Assembly: GCF_001949145.1 (NCBI RefSeq)
Contig: NW_019091356.1
Location: forward strand, 2,178,932-2,242,931
DNA length: 64,000 nucleotides
From: Acanthaster planci
Lineage: Eukaryota
Direction: 5' to 3'
The first letter of the stretch is position 1; every line of letters begins with the position of its first letter. The translations under genes and the position numbers were made by a program. The notes under the pieces were generated by a model that searched no databases, was not told the DNA's origin, and saw nothing but the letters and a program-made list of their open reading frames with translations. Shown here piece after piece: positions 21,686 through 35,600 of the stretch.

Positions 21686-22316
21686 GTAGACAGATTCAGA
21701 TTTGCACTTTTCCAACTTCGGTCGAACAATTTTACTCCTCTATTTCAGCCACCGCGATACTTTTCTAGGTCCAGTTTGGCGTACCTATATACCTCTTGCC
21801 ATGAGAATACTCTACTAAGTTGAATAGTATAAAGTTTGACTTAGCATCAGCCAACGTTTTGCTTTTTTTCCAGTGGGAAGGTCTGTGATCAGTTTTAACG
21901 AACTAACCTGTGAGATCAGTGTGCTTTATTCACAAAATGGCCATCTTGGATTGTGCTTCCTGAATCTACGCCATTTATGGAACACGAAGAAATGGAACGG
22001 AGACTGACTTTTTTGTGCAATTTACCTGTATTTTTTGTCATTTTGAATATAAACAGAATTAGAGTTTTTATCCATAATTTGGAATTAGTCTTTGGAGTGC
22101 GAGCATTGTAATCTGTAACTAGCTCCTCTTGCATCATCTCTATTCCAACACGTATTAAGTTTTAAAAAAATTTGTGCGGGGACCGACTTGCTTTCAATTC
22201 AAAATGACTGACTCAAGAATGAGGCAAGTTCGCACTGACTGCTCCCAATGCAGCCTCTTGGTCAACAGTGAAAGGAAATCCTTTGCAATAAGTAGTTTTT
22301 CTCAATGCACAACAGT

Positions 22317-22491
22317 CAGGGGTGAGATTGACCAATGATAAAAATAGCTGAAAACAGCTGAAAAAAGGCATAAAGAAGCTGAACTGTGAAAATCTCCTAT
22401 ACTTTAGTACACAGCCAGTGAGGAAAAAAAGCTGAAATCCTAAACAAAAAAAAGGCTGAAATTAGCTGAAAGCTGAGGAATCTCACCCCTG
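22317..22491. mobile_element. MITE with 13-bp TIRs and a 6-bp TSD
   Basis: caggggtgagatt / aatctcacccctg, flanked on both sides by aacagt; internal reiterated agctgaa motifs. Confidence 0.8.
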
Positions 22492-23699
22492 AACAGTATA
22501 AGATGGGACCTGAAACCTCACCTTGCTGTAGCTTCCCTAACTACACCAAAATTCAACACCTGATGTTTTCAGTCATATCCTATTCTAAAACTGGAACTTG
22601 CTTATCCAAAGTTTTTTTTCTTACATTACAAATTCTGTGTCCATGGATTTTGCTTTCTTCTCCCAAGAAATGCATTGATTGCAGGTAAAGATGTTGTATG
22701 GGGCAAAAAACCCTTCGTACCATTTCATGATAAACAAATTCAAAACAAAAACAAACGACAAGCCACTGGCAAGTTCTTCACGTAACACGTTGCTTTATTT
22801 CTCTATGCTTAGCTGAGCACATCCACAGGAGTGCCTGGCATCTTGCTACTGATTTCAGGCACGAATGTTTCAAAGGAAAAGATGCTGCATGACACCAGTG
22901 CATTAGTACATAGATGTAGTACAGTTTTTATCATCCAATCATGCCAAAACAGCTTTCGAAAGATAGGGCCTGGTCAGGGTCAGTGAACCAGTGACAGATC
23001 ACTGATGGAAATCCAGATCGATGTGTAACAAACAGGCCAATAATCACGCGTTTCAGACATTTGACTCTAACGGAATATTGCCGATGCAGTCCACTCACAC
23101 TGTACTTTAACACTCCTCAGGACAGACGTTCTGGTACTTACCTGTTTAGTTGTATTAAATGTTAAATCTAAGAATGACCTCAATTGACCTTTGAAGAAAA
23201 ATTCTGGCAGAATCTTCAGTGTGTAGTCCTCTGAAATTTTTACCATTTTAAAAATCTATATATAACTGTATACATAGATTCTATTTAATGACTAAAAAAA
23301 ATTGTAAAAAAATGCATTACGATTTTTGAAAATAAGCGGCTACGGTGTACATGTATATTTTAACATTTTGACATGCCATATGAGAACTTATGCTTAATGT
23401 CAAACATGCGTGTTAAAAATTGATTAAATCAGTTGAAATTTATGGGAAAATGTAATAAATCCAATTTGTTCTTGTAATTTTTGTGTGATCTGTACCAACA
23501 AGTTGTTTGAACTTGACTTTTCAACTTGTCGTTTCATTTTGTTTAAAAGTTTTGCCTTTTAAGAAGTATTCGATTAAGAAGCACAGATATAAATAGCACA
23601 GTATTTCAACTGACACTACATTATGTGAAGGCAATATTGAATGGAGCACATAGTTTAACAGGTGGATTTACGAGTCCACATCACTCTTGAAGGTGACCC

Positions 23700-26600
23700 T
23701 CAAGCACAATTGACGGGCATACATTTGGTCAGCTTCTTAACATTGGGTTTAGCAATGAGGATATACGATGGACTTGCCCGGGGGTTCTTGAACAGGGAGG
23801 CACAGATGTGCCTAGCTTCCTTGCACTTCTTGCCCAGGAGGCTGGCCCGGAAGCTGATGTCCTGAAAAGCCAGGTCCCGGCCCACCACCAGAGGCATGGC
23901 TGCCTGCTCATCGTTGAGTGCCTGCTTCACCGCCCCCAATTTCTTGCCTTTGCCGTTGGGCTTGGGGGAAAGCCAAATCTTTAGGCCCCACAGGTCCGTG
24001 CCCTGGAAACCGACGGACTCTGGCTCGTCGTATCGCACACGCACACCGATTACCAGCTGGTTGGAGCGTCCGGCGTAGATGGTAGTGATCCCAGAATGGA
24101 AAAGAGAGAGGCCTGTGACAGCGATCTGCGGGTTACGAGGCGCTAGACGGAAAAAGAAAAGTGCATTTGAATCCAAATGGTTCAAACTCCAGACATCAAA
24201 CTATGAAAGGAAAGGAGAATTGTTGCTTGTAACAAAATTTTGGTTGTTGGGAGAATTCTATCCTAAATCATTCATTGACGTTCCTGCTGCTCAATTTGAT
24301 TTGAGCTGGACACCCAATCTACTACAGAGGGGGTAGGAATGGAATGAAAAAACAAACACCTGCTGTAGTCTGCAAGGATTTTTGGTTGCAGTAAGCTGAT
24401 GGATCTCTTCAGTCACATTCTCACTTGAATTTTTTCAAATGTACATTTAGATTGTGTGTTATTTATAGTTGTGTTGTGTGACCTTTCAACTTTATTTTAA
24501 ATTTAGGAGGTGTTTACCACAGGCTTTTTTTCTACGGTGTTTTACGTGTACATGTGTTGATATTATCTAAGGATTGTAAAAAGAGTGTTTGTACCCGTCA
24601 TTAATTAGGGGTTGAATTTTGGCTTCAGACAAAAGGTAATGTGAAATATCTATGATTGGCTTTTAGCTCTGGTCATTTCCAGATTCACCAAAGGCTTCAC
24701 ACACCATGGCATTCCACTGGTTGACAGACAGTGAGCACGCTCGTGTCGGGACTGGCTGCCAGCTGAAATGGAGGGTTGGAGGGCTCCAGCTTGGAGAACT
24801 CAGCACAGATGTGAGTGACCTCTCCGCACTCCCGGCCCGTCATGTCCAGGCTGAAAGGGACTGTGGGGAAAAATAGTGGCTCAGGTGGCACAAAATTACG
24901 GTCTGCAAGCTGTTGGGAGAGGACCTGGTCGACCAGTTGGATGCGGGGTCCACTGCCATCTGGCACGGTGCTGCCCCACACTGCCAGTTGCCAAAGGTTG
25001 GTGCCCCTGATGGCCATGCTGTCCGGGGACATGTAGACTACCGCATCTAGCTCCAGGTCATTCCTGGCATCGGGCTGAATGTTGACGCCACCAATGTTGA
25101 TAGTCGTGACAGTGACAACAGGTAAATCGCTATGTCCCCCTCCACCGTGGTGGTCTCCTGAGGTGCAGTAACAAAAACAGTGATTGTGAGTTTATTCTTC
25201 TATCGTATCTCATGGAGTCGGGTTGGTGTAATGATTCTTTCCTCGCCTTCCACCTCTGCAGTCCGGGTTCAATTCCCGGGTCAGTCGACATGTGAACTGT
25301 GTGTCAGTCCCTGCCTGATTTCTTAGGTTTCGTCCAGAGTACTCCTCTGGGGTTATCTTCCCACCTCTACAACCGTAGCTACTTTTCACTGACTCCTCTC
25401 AACTGGTTTCAGACTTGCGAGCTACAGTGCCAAGGGTGCTTTTGAGGAGCCCTTGGTGTCATTACCAGAAATTATTATAATAAATTATTAATAATAAAAT
25501 ATTTCAAACACTAAAAGATGGTCCCTGGAAGTTAATCATTCTTCAGGCAGCTGTCAAGATATTTGTATAAGACAGAAGCCATATTATGGACTTACTTGGT
25601 AGACACGGAGCACTCTGGCATGTCACAAATGCATGGGTTCCTTCTGGTAGGGGAAGGTTGAAATCTGGCCAAGCCGAATCCCCCTTGGCAATCTCAAGGC
25701 AAAGAAAGGGAAATTCACTCTCACAGTTAGCCCTCCGAAGGTCAAAGGGCACATTGATGTCAAAGTGTAGAGGGTTGGGCGGCAAGAGGCTCTGGTCGCG
25801 GTCTTGCTGGCTCAAGATCTGCCGGTCATAATTGATCTTTTGGGCATGAGTCCCCTGCTGTTTGCGGTTTGCAAAGATGCCCACCCTCCAAAACCCACTG
25901 CCCTCCTCGCCCATGATGGTATCGGAGTCTGGGTGAGGGGTCAGCTCCACCAAGATATGTAGATCACTCTGGCCGTCTGGATAGATGTTTGGAGGCCCGA
26001 CTTGCCAGTCAACCCTTATAAAGCCCACTATCTTGATAGGATCTGGATCAGGTTGGCCGCCAGTGTGATCTGGCCCACCAGTGTCACCTGTCCCTCTGTC
26101 TGCATACAAATAAACATCAAAGTAAACCCAACTCAGCCTTGTCATTTTTGTCCTACACTTGCTTCAAATTATCTGCGCTTCTTTATGCAACATCCTTTGC
26201 TTAACACCTTGAGGAATATATTTGAAGAAAACTTGACTTCAACTCAAGAAACCTCAGTATTGTCTGAGGCCTCAGTTTAAGAACAAGTCAACGTACTGCT
26301 GTGCTCTGTTGACATATGGGCCTGTGCACTGGTAACATGCCCAAATCATTTTTCCTCTGAGACAGAGAGCATGCATTGTACTCAGATGTACTGAGTACTC
26401 AAGTAGAACCTTAGATTAGACACAGTTTGACATCAGCTAGAGACTTCACTCTCCATACTTTTTTTCATACTGTCATTACAAGTAGGCCCAAAATAGTTTG
26501 TTACAAGTGTTACTGCTCTCAACCATAGTGGAATGTATGTAGTTATTTCACCAGGGACTATCACGATACTCACTGGGATGGCAAGGCATCCTCTGACAAT

Positions 26601-29600
26601 TCACAACGACATCACCACCAGCCAGCCCCATTTCAAAGTCTGGGTTGGCCAAATGATCCTTCCCAAACTCCACACAGAAGTACTTGTAGGGGCCACATCC
26701 CAACCTCCTCATATCAAAGTTGGTGTGGAGGTCAAAGTTCAGGGGCCTCGATGGGGCCAAGGTCCTTCTGGCATCGGGCACTTGAAGGAGCTGCGAGAGG
26801 AGCGTAGGTTGTGAAGGTTGGATCAACAAATCCATGAAGAAAATGTTGGACTTTGGAATGACTCCATATGAGAACTGCAGTAATGCTGTGTGGACTACGC
26901 CATATCAGTATAGAACCCACATTGGTGGATACATTGCCTGAGCCAACTGGTTCACAGCTGTGCATTCAAGTATTACATGGAAGCATACCTGGGAAATTGT
27001 TACAAATCACCCAGCTTCATATCAAGTCAGATAGCCTTCACTGGCACAAAGGAATTTCTTTATTTCTATTTTTTGGCTACGAGTTAACTAGTAATTTGGC
27101 TTGTGGTTACCCATGAAATGCTAGGAAATTGGCTTTTTGGCTCACCTGTGGATCGTAGTCCAGCCGATCTTCAAAAGCTTCCCCACCTGTTGAGTACTTG
27201 CTCCCATATATCCCAACTTTCCACAAGTTCTGCCCATTGATGATGTCCGTTTGCTCATGAGGTGGGACATTGACAAAAAGTCTGATGTCCGTTGGGCCCT
27301 CTGAGTTGATCTGAGTGTCCTGAATGAGCCAAGTAAAGGGCCCAATTCTGGCAACCGGTCTGTTGGGACGAGGCTGTGCAGATGGACGGTCTGAGAAGCA
27401 AGTACGGACATATTAAGTATACACGTCACTTCTGGATGAGGCGATAAAGGCCCGAATATTAAGGAAACAAGCCTAAATTCAACATTTGCGTGTAGCTCTT
27501 TTTGCATGTGAATTTTAAGGATAACCATGACATCATTCTTGAAAATATACAATGCCAGCGTTAATTGAAAGATGCTTAAATATCATTCTGTGTCTAAAAG
27601 AACTTGCTTTAGCTTACAGCAACACTCGTCTGTGGGAATCTGTTGCAGCCACTTGTCACTGATGTTCAGTAATATGGGCATACATGTAGGTTAAGAACCC
27701 AAGAGTTTAAGCACGTTCAGTTGAAAATTGGTATTTCTACTCTGCAGCTCTGCTTGGATGAATCAGTGTATGTATACAAGTCCTGCAGGTAATTAAATTC
27801 TTTGTCGAGACATATGAAGAAGAGTGGTGTGACAAGGTTGACAAGGTGGGCATTTTTTAGTTTTATGATGTAAAAGGTCATTTGCTTGACTCACTTTGGC
27901 AGAGGTAGGGTTTGCAAGAAACATGGGCATCAGTCTCAACTGGGAAATTGAAAGGAGGTTCGGGGTGATCATGCTGTGCAAATTCCAGGCATAGGTACCG
28001 GTGAAGGTCACATCCAAAGTTGTGTAGGAGGAATCTGGTGTCCACGTTGAACTCCAGAGGGGAGTTTGGGACTAGTGGCTTCTTGGCCTGCTTAGGAGAT
28101 AAGATCTGGGTGATGTAACCAACTCGGTCGACTCCAGTGCCGTCCCTGTATGTGTTCCCAAACAGTCCCAGCCTCCAGAGCCGACGGCCCCGAATGGAAT
28201 CCGTGTAGGACTTCGGAAATATCACGACATGGACGTTGAGGTCTGTCAGGACTCCTGGCCGAGTGTCTCCTGCGACAATGTTCCAGCTGATGTTGTGGAA
28301 GCTCGCTGTGGGCAGATTGGGATCAAGGGTTCCCCCGTGACCCCGGTTACTACTCCCCCCTTGACCTGCATTTGCTGTGATGTAAAAAAAAAAATACAAG
28401 TCTTGGTTGTAAAACCTTGAATGTCACTTCTTTTCAGCAAATTGTAGTATGCTTGCTTAACAAATCTTTCTTCATTTAGAACACTCAACTAACTTATATG
28501 GTACTTTTCTACTGGCAAGCTTTGCGGAAAACTGCAGATTTTTTCCACAAAATGTACCGACAAAATGGCCTTCTCATGGTATTTTGCTAATATTCAGTGA
28601 GCTGCTGTTATTTTGACCTTTCCAGAACAAGTTTGACATCTATGCAGAACCAAGAAGGATTTCAAAGTAAGAGAATGTTAAGAAAAAGATTGCAATTTTT
28701 GTCACTTTCATCTGAGATCTTCGAATTTACTTACGATCACATGTAACATATTGGCAGGAGACCACACTATCCGCTTTGCCAAGAGCAAGGCGGAATGCTG
28801 GCCAGGAGAATTTGTCTCTGCTAAATTCAATACAGAGATAAGGATAAGTCCCACAGCCTACATCATGCATTTCAAACGGCGTCGTAATGTTGAACACCAG
28901 AGGGTTTCCTGGTACAAGCGGACTGGAACGGTCAGTGGCAGAAAGAACATCTGGCCTCTCATCAAAACGAACTCCTGTGTTGTTAGAGACATCACTTCCA
29001 AACAGTCCGACCTTCCAGAGGTTGAAGCCTTCAAGAGCATCACTGGAATCATGAGGGGTGAGTATAACTGCAAGGTTGACCATTGATGGACCCTTTTGAT
29101 TAACCGGGGTGCGATATCGGGTCCAGTGAAGGTTTCTGAAGGCAACAAAAGGTGCATCTGGTCCAGGCTCAGGTAGATGGCCACCACCACCTTGATTTCC
29201 CGCTCCACCACCATGACCTCCAGTTCCCCCACCATGACCCCCCATGCCACCACCTTGACCACCTGTGCCACCACCTTGACCTCCCATTCCACCACCTTGA
29301 CCTCCTGTATCACCCCCAGTTTTACCAACATTAGCATCATTGCCACCATCACCGTCTGAATCTGCAAAAAAAAGAATGAAGCAAGTGTGTTGATTAAACA
29401 TGCCACAAGTTCATGTACATGTACTTCAGCGTGCATATACATGTAAATGATAGAAATCTCTTATTCAAGAATTCTGAATGCCTTTGAGCTGAAATTGATA
29501 CCTTGGCATGGCCACGGTTTGCACGAGGCTATTCGCTTTGTAACCCCGTCAGTATCATTTTGTGGAAGCGGTAGTTGAAAGTCTGGCCGTGGCGAATCCC

Positions 29601-32600
29601 CCTTGGTAAATTCAATACAAATGTAATTCAATTGCCCGCAACCTAGGCTTTGGACATTGAACCTGACATTGACTCCAAAGATTTCCAAAGGGGCGTCAGG
29701 ATGCAGGGGAATAGACTGCTGCTCCACCGACAGAATCTGTTTCTGGTAGCGATACTTTGGTCCATACGGGTTGCTGTCATCACTTGCATATATACCAACG
29801 CGCCACAGGCCATCCCCAGTGATGACCTCGCTGCCTGGGTGTTCAATCGTGGTGATATTAATAAAGAGATCGCTCGCCTTGGGACTCTTGAACTTTTTAA
29901 CTGAGAGACGCCACCGAAGTGATTCGATTCGCCCTATTTTTGTCCTGTCGCCACCACCATCACCGCCTTGGCCTCCGGACTGGCTACCTGGAAAGTAAAG
30001 AAAAGGGCAGAGAAATCAAACATGATATGCAGTAAATTTGCAAAGCATGGTTAGTTACAACACATTCAAGCCTTTTCTAAACTGAAGAACTGTTGACTTT
30101 CCCTCAAGCCACCCTCGGTTCTCAGGAAAATTTTCTAGTATTACCACAGTGTTTTAGGAAAAGTTAGGGGTCGGCCAAAAGTGGCAATTTAAATCATTTT
30201 TTTGGGGGGAAGGGGGGTTAAATTAAAACTTACCGCCAGGTTTTCTGCAACGAATCTGCTTACATAGGATCACTTCATCTGGGGTTGACGTTGTGTCAGT
30301 GTTTTCCGATACGAAGATGAAGTCAGGATTGGCTCCATTATCCTTTGCTAGCTCCAGACAGAGAAAGCCGTAGTCGGAACACCCCACACGAGTCACAGGA
30401 AACGTAGTCTCGATGTCATCAATCACCAGATTGCTACTTGGAGCAAATGTACGGGACGTATCTCGGCTGGTCAGAATTTGTCTATGGAAGCCCAGACGAG
30501 GGCCAGTGCCATTTTGGTTTTGGCTGCCAAAGAGGCCCACGCGCAGTAGATTGCTGCCAGCAACGTAGTCACTCGTGGGCATGATCTGCACATTCAGGTT
30601 GACAGTAACATTATAGAGCCCATCTGGGCGGCGACCACGTGCTCGAAGTCCCCAGCCAAACTGACCAACCACCACCCTCACGCGACCATCGTCTGGGATA
30701 AAAGTGAAGAAACAAGAGTCAGGTCCGAAACTGGTGCTTTAATTCATTGTTTCTCAATGCATATGTTGCCTGTCATTTTCTCCTTATTGATTTAGTTCAT
30801 CGTCTAGTGTATCTGGATACTTTTTAAGCTATATTTTAAAGAGCTGTACAACTTTTACATGGACGTGTATTTTACTTTAGCATTTCGGGCAGTGTTGAGA
30901 CTTCTTGTTTTTATCTGCCATGTGCTTCATTTAACCTCTGCGTAACACTTTTGTGCGAATGCATGATGAACATGTCTCTCTCTTCAGTTCAAAGCAAGCC
31001 ATGGAACCTAATAGCTGTACCACATAAAAGGAGTAAAACCAGACTGAAATAATTACCAGGAAACTCGGGTTCTATTTCTTGGCATGGCACTTGTCGACAG
31101 GACATGAAGACACTAGCTTCCTCCGGTCCTGCGTTGCCATGGAAAGGGAAGGGAGGCTGAGGCGAGTCTCCCTTAGTGAACTCCAAGCAGAGGAACTTGT
31201 AGCGAGAGCATCCCACTGCTGCAGCGTCAAATTCGACCTCCGCATTCAGCACAATGGCCCTGAAATCGCAGTTTTGTTTAGAAAAGAATCGAGGTTATTT
31301 TCCCAATGTCTTTTGTGAGAATGTAGGTCGTAGAAAAACATGTGAAAGTGTATACATTTTTTTAGCACGCTACAGAATGTTGGCCTGTAGAACCGAGTCG
31401 ATGAGAAGTCTCTTCAGAGGTTTGTTATTAAACATGACACAGTGTGTCACTTCTTACGTTCTTTGAAAAGTAGCTGTCACTATAATTGGTTGAGGTGATC
31501 CACTCGTTCATAGTTGGTGTTGATTGCTGTGTTAATCTGTCACGTTGTTGATTGCTATAGGTTATTCGATGACTGTAAATGACAGTCCAGTTGTCTAAGT
31601 TAACGTTTCTTCCTTGTTAAGAATCGCCTCACGAAGTGATGGAGTGGCTAATCAAATTGTTTGGTCGATCCTCGGGATGGCAAGTAATTGGTTTATCAAG
31701 TTATACCCAGACCGTCCAATACATGTCCTGTTCACATGGCATACTTGGTCAGATCAGATCCATTCAAGTCAGTTTGGCCAGTTCAGTTATTAAAGGCTTG
31801 TGAGTGAAGTTCTTATGTGGTCAGTTGGTCGTCAGTGCACTTCTGAGGTTGTACCAGCAATTGAAAAATCCAGTGTCTTTGAAATCATTTATTTGATGTA
31901 TAAACTGGGCCTATTGACAGCCTACCCAGACATTTTACTTATTTAAGAATCTCAAGCCCTTATTCAAATAACATGGCTGTGGCTAGAAATATGCCTACGG
32001 AAGCCACCAGCTAGCGGCTTTGTATATTTCCAATAAATGTATGTGCCTCTTCGAGTCGCAGCTAACTTATTCTGTCGCGGCCTCACCTCCCGGCAGCCAG
32101 CGTGGTGGAAGCCTGTCCGTTGTCCAGGAGTTGATGGATGTACCCAAGCCTAGGGCCTGACCCATCGGCGAACTGACTCCCGTAGAGCCCAACGCGCCAC
32201 AGATTCCGCCCGGATATGCTCTCTCCCGTGGAGTTCGACATGACCAGGACCTCAACGATGATCAGGGTGTTACCGGAGGGGATTGTCTCTTCCTCTTGTC
32301 TCTTTGGTTGGGCCGACCAGAACATCGAGTCAATTATGACACCTTTGGGGTCCACACAATAAAAATGTTAGTCTAAGAGAGGAACTACATCAGGTATTAT
32401 TGTATTACCTTGTCCAATTCAGTCTCTGCATTTGGCATTCCAGACAGACATCTACGGGTTCTTTTCTTTACCTGTCCTGCAAGGCCCGTAATGTTTTCGT
32501 GTCAACAGGTAGCTCTCTGGATCTTCCCCGCACCGTCTCTCGTTGTCCAGGGCACATTCCGTACTGTAGGTCTCGCCGTCACTGCCGCACACCACGTGGC

Positions 32601-35600
32601 CCGACTCGGGGCACTCGTATCGGCAAGCTGGGGTCACAACCGGGGGATCTTCGGATGCCAGAAAGAATACAAATTCTCTCCTCAGTTAAGCCTGTTGGTG
32701 GGTTTACTGAATGAAAATGGCTAGTTCTTCGTTTCAAACCAATAGAGTACAAAAAAATGTAGGACAAATCGCAGCTGTACTATGTTGGGTCGAAATTGAG
32801 AAATGTCAACAATGAAGTTTTGCTGTGACAACTGCATCGATGCGTGCGTGCCCTGATGCATGTCGTATCAATCGAACTGTGTTCCGAATTTCCCGTCTGT
32901 GATGAAGATCGATTTTGTATAATTTAAAGTAAGAGGGAAACGAGTTTCAAGTGCTGTTTAAATCGTGAGAGAAGTTTTGAGTAGATGCAGATCTTCAGTG
33001 AAATTGTGAGATGGAGGTTTTGTCCTCTTGCGTATCATTGTGCTACTATGTAACAAGCAAAGTCGTGTGTACATAAATGCATCGTCATCGTGATTTATCA
33101 AGTAAAGTCATGTGTATTACAGTAGTAATGCTAAATGAAACGTCGTAACTTATAGTGAATTGCGTCCGAGCCGAGCCCCACTACCTAAGGTATATCCGGC
33201 GGTACGTACGTTGCGTTGCTGGAGCAAATTGGGCTTGAACGACTGGTTGGCGGGTAGACCTCTGCATATGCTGTCAGCCTATGTAAAATGTGATTTTTAA
33301 AGGTCATTTTAAATGTCTTGGACCAATCTGGCTGCCCACTGCTGTTAATAAACGAGGCTTTTACAGCAAATACCACTGTTCGAAAGGTCCTGGTAATATA
33401 TTATAAGAGGCACTTGAATTGCACAACCAAAAGAGACTCCGGTCGAGCTGGCTTGCGGAGTGCATGTTGTGGGTATCTTTGGTCGGAATCAAAGAGGGTA
33501 ATGTTTCTCTTTTCAGTCTCTTTGCCGTTAGAAGAAATGAAGTTTGAAAGATTATTTTAAATCTAAATTTTATGGCTTGTAGGGAAAAACGCTCACTTCA
33601 ACACGTTTCCCACTCATCTGCCTTGCTCATTGTTACATTGTGCGATAATGAATTACTTCCACGCTCTAACTAGGGCCTACTGACATTTACCGTAATAACC
33701 TCGTTTATTGTCGGCGATGGGTAGTCGGATCGGGTGCTCCGACATACCTGTGACTGGGGGGCAGTCCATTGGCCAGCAGTTGATGGCCGTCTCTTCGAAG
33801 CCCATGGTCAGCGCGAAGTCCGGGCGCGGGTTGTCCCCCTTGCTGAACGCAGCGCAGATGTACGGCAGGTCGTCACAGCCGATGATGCTAATGTCGAAGT
33901 GGGCCACGATGTCCCGCACCACCATCTCCTGGCCGCCCACCAGCGGGGTGGACGCCTGCTGGGGGCTCAGGATCTGCGGCAGGTGGCCGATCTTGTCGCA
34001 CCAGCCGTCATCGTAGCGACAGCCGAAGATACCCAGCTTCCACAGGCCCTGGCCGCTAATGCTCTGGCTGCCTGGGGCACTGATTACCAACAGCTCGAAG
34101 GTGACATTGGTTGGGCCTTTGTTAAGACCTGCGCCCACCAGGTCTACCTGGACGCCCAATAGTATCACCTCTGTAGGTCAGGAGGAATTAGAACTGAATT
34201 ATAGTCGACATTTTCAAATGTTTAATGTCCCGGGAATGGACTAGGGAAAGAGTTTTAAGTTCACTTCGCCCCCAAAATCGGCCAGTCCCTTCTCAACACT
34301 ACTCGAAATTTTGTTAGAATGAAAGAAAGAAATGAAAATGAAAGAAAGATTTTCCATTGAACGTTTCATATTTCTTAGATTTCTTAGATGTTTTGCCACC
34401 TTCATTGATAATATTTCTGAAGTCATCTATATACACCCTTCCTTTCCCATACTCGTTAAAGCTTAAGCTTCCAAAGTATCCTGTCTAGGACTGCACCAGA
34501 TGGGGTTTGCCCTTTAAAAGGGTGGTCTCTCCCGTTTCTTGGCAGCAATATTGTGAAAGATCTGGACAGTATAGATTTTTCTCAACAGATATGTTCACAA
34601 AATCGCTGTGCCCAACTTAGCACGGTGCAACGTGTGTCACGACGGCATTGCCCCGCATCATTACCAAAATCCTTAGCACTAAAGCTTGGAAGATCTCCAC
34701 ATCTGAAGTGTCCCCTCTTGGGACGTCACTGGAAACACCTGTATCTGCAAAGCCTGGCCCGATACTAAATTAAGCGACTATCGATATAGGACCTGTTCTA
34801 AATGCCTTGTTTCGGTCAAGGGCGCTCTTTGCACTCGCCAGCCATAAATAAAGGTTTCCTCTGACAAGAAGGGGGAAACTTGAGGGCAAATTAACATTTT
34901 CTTAAAGACACAACGCAAGCGGAGGTTGAGCAGTTTATTATGCCTCATTTTGGCGTAACCGTAGGCCCTACAGAAATTCGAGTTCCAACGACGCTCTGTT
35001 GGCAGTAAAATTATAATGGGCTGACTTCGAAAGGCGGAGCGAATCAACGCACTCATGCTTGTACCTGTAGATGCCCCTCTGGATTTTGAGACTTGAAGCA
35101 AAGGTCATTATTGTGAACTTGCATGTACATGTAGTTTCCCTGGCGGCCCTTTGCCTTCGCCCACGGTTTCCTGCCCGCGGGTGAAAGGCACGCACTCCGC
35201 CCCCATCAAACCGCTTCAGGGTCGACATTGACTTGTTATTACGCCGTCGGCACAGCGCACCTTTCAACCATCGCGTTAACGTGTGGGTATGCGACAAGGG
35301 AATTCGGCACCGAATAGAGTGCATTACGACCGGCTTCGGTTTCAATAGCTCATGCCTTTAAGTTTTTTTTCACCTGTTGAGAACCGTTGCCCTCTCATCT
35401 GCTTTGAATATCAAAACAACTGGTTTTGTTCAAGGCTGTCGCACTCTCCTGTCACAATCAAACCAGTCCGAAACCTAAAGGTTCGTGACATTATTAGAGA
35501 CAATCAAATTGAAAATTACATGTCGGATTTGGTTTCGTTTGTGTAAGCGATAAAAATTGTCGTTGGAGGCCTTGTTTACTTTCAAAATAGGACACAGATT

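Noticed and set aside
28858..29442. Val-rich and His/Thr-rich alternative-frame ORFs over the Gly repeat
   Set aside because: They are shadow frames of the 21-bp coding repeat in gene C.
33185..33261. Possible small extra exon in gene C (EVYPPTSRSSPICSSNAT...)
   Set aside because: In the required phase it ends in TAG at the donor, and the flanking exons already join in frame without it. It cannot be excluded as a poison or alternative terminal exon, but nothing supports that.
34902..35361. Possible TTAA-flanked Kolobok-like element
   Set aside because: The putative TIRs (agacac / aggcat) are too short and mismatched to support a call.
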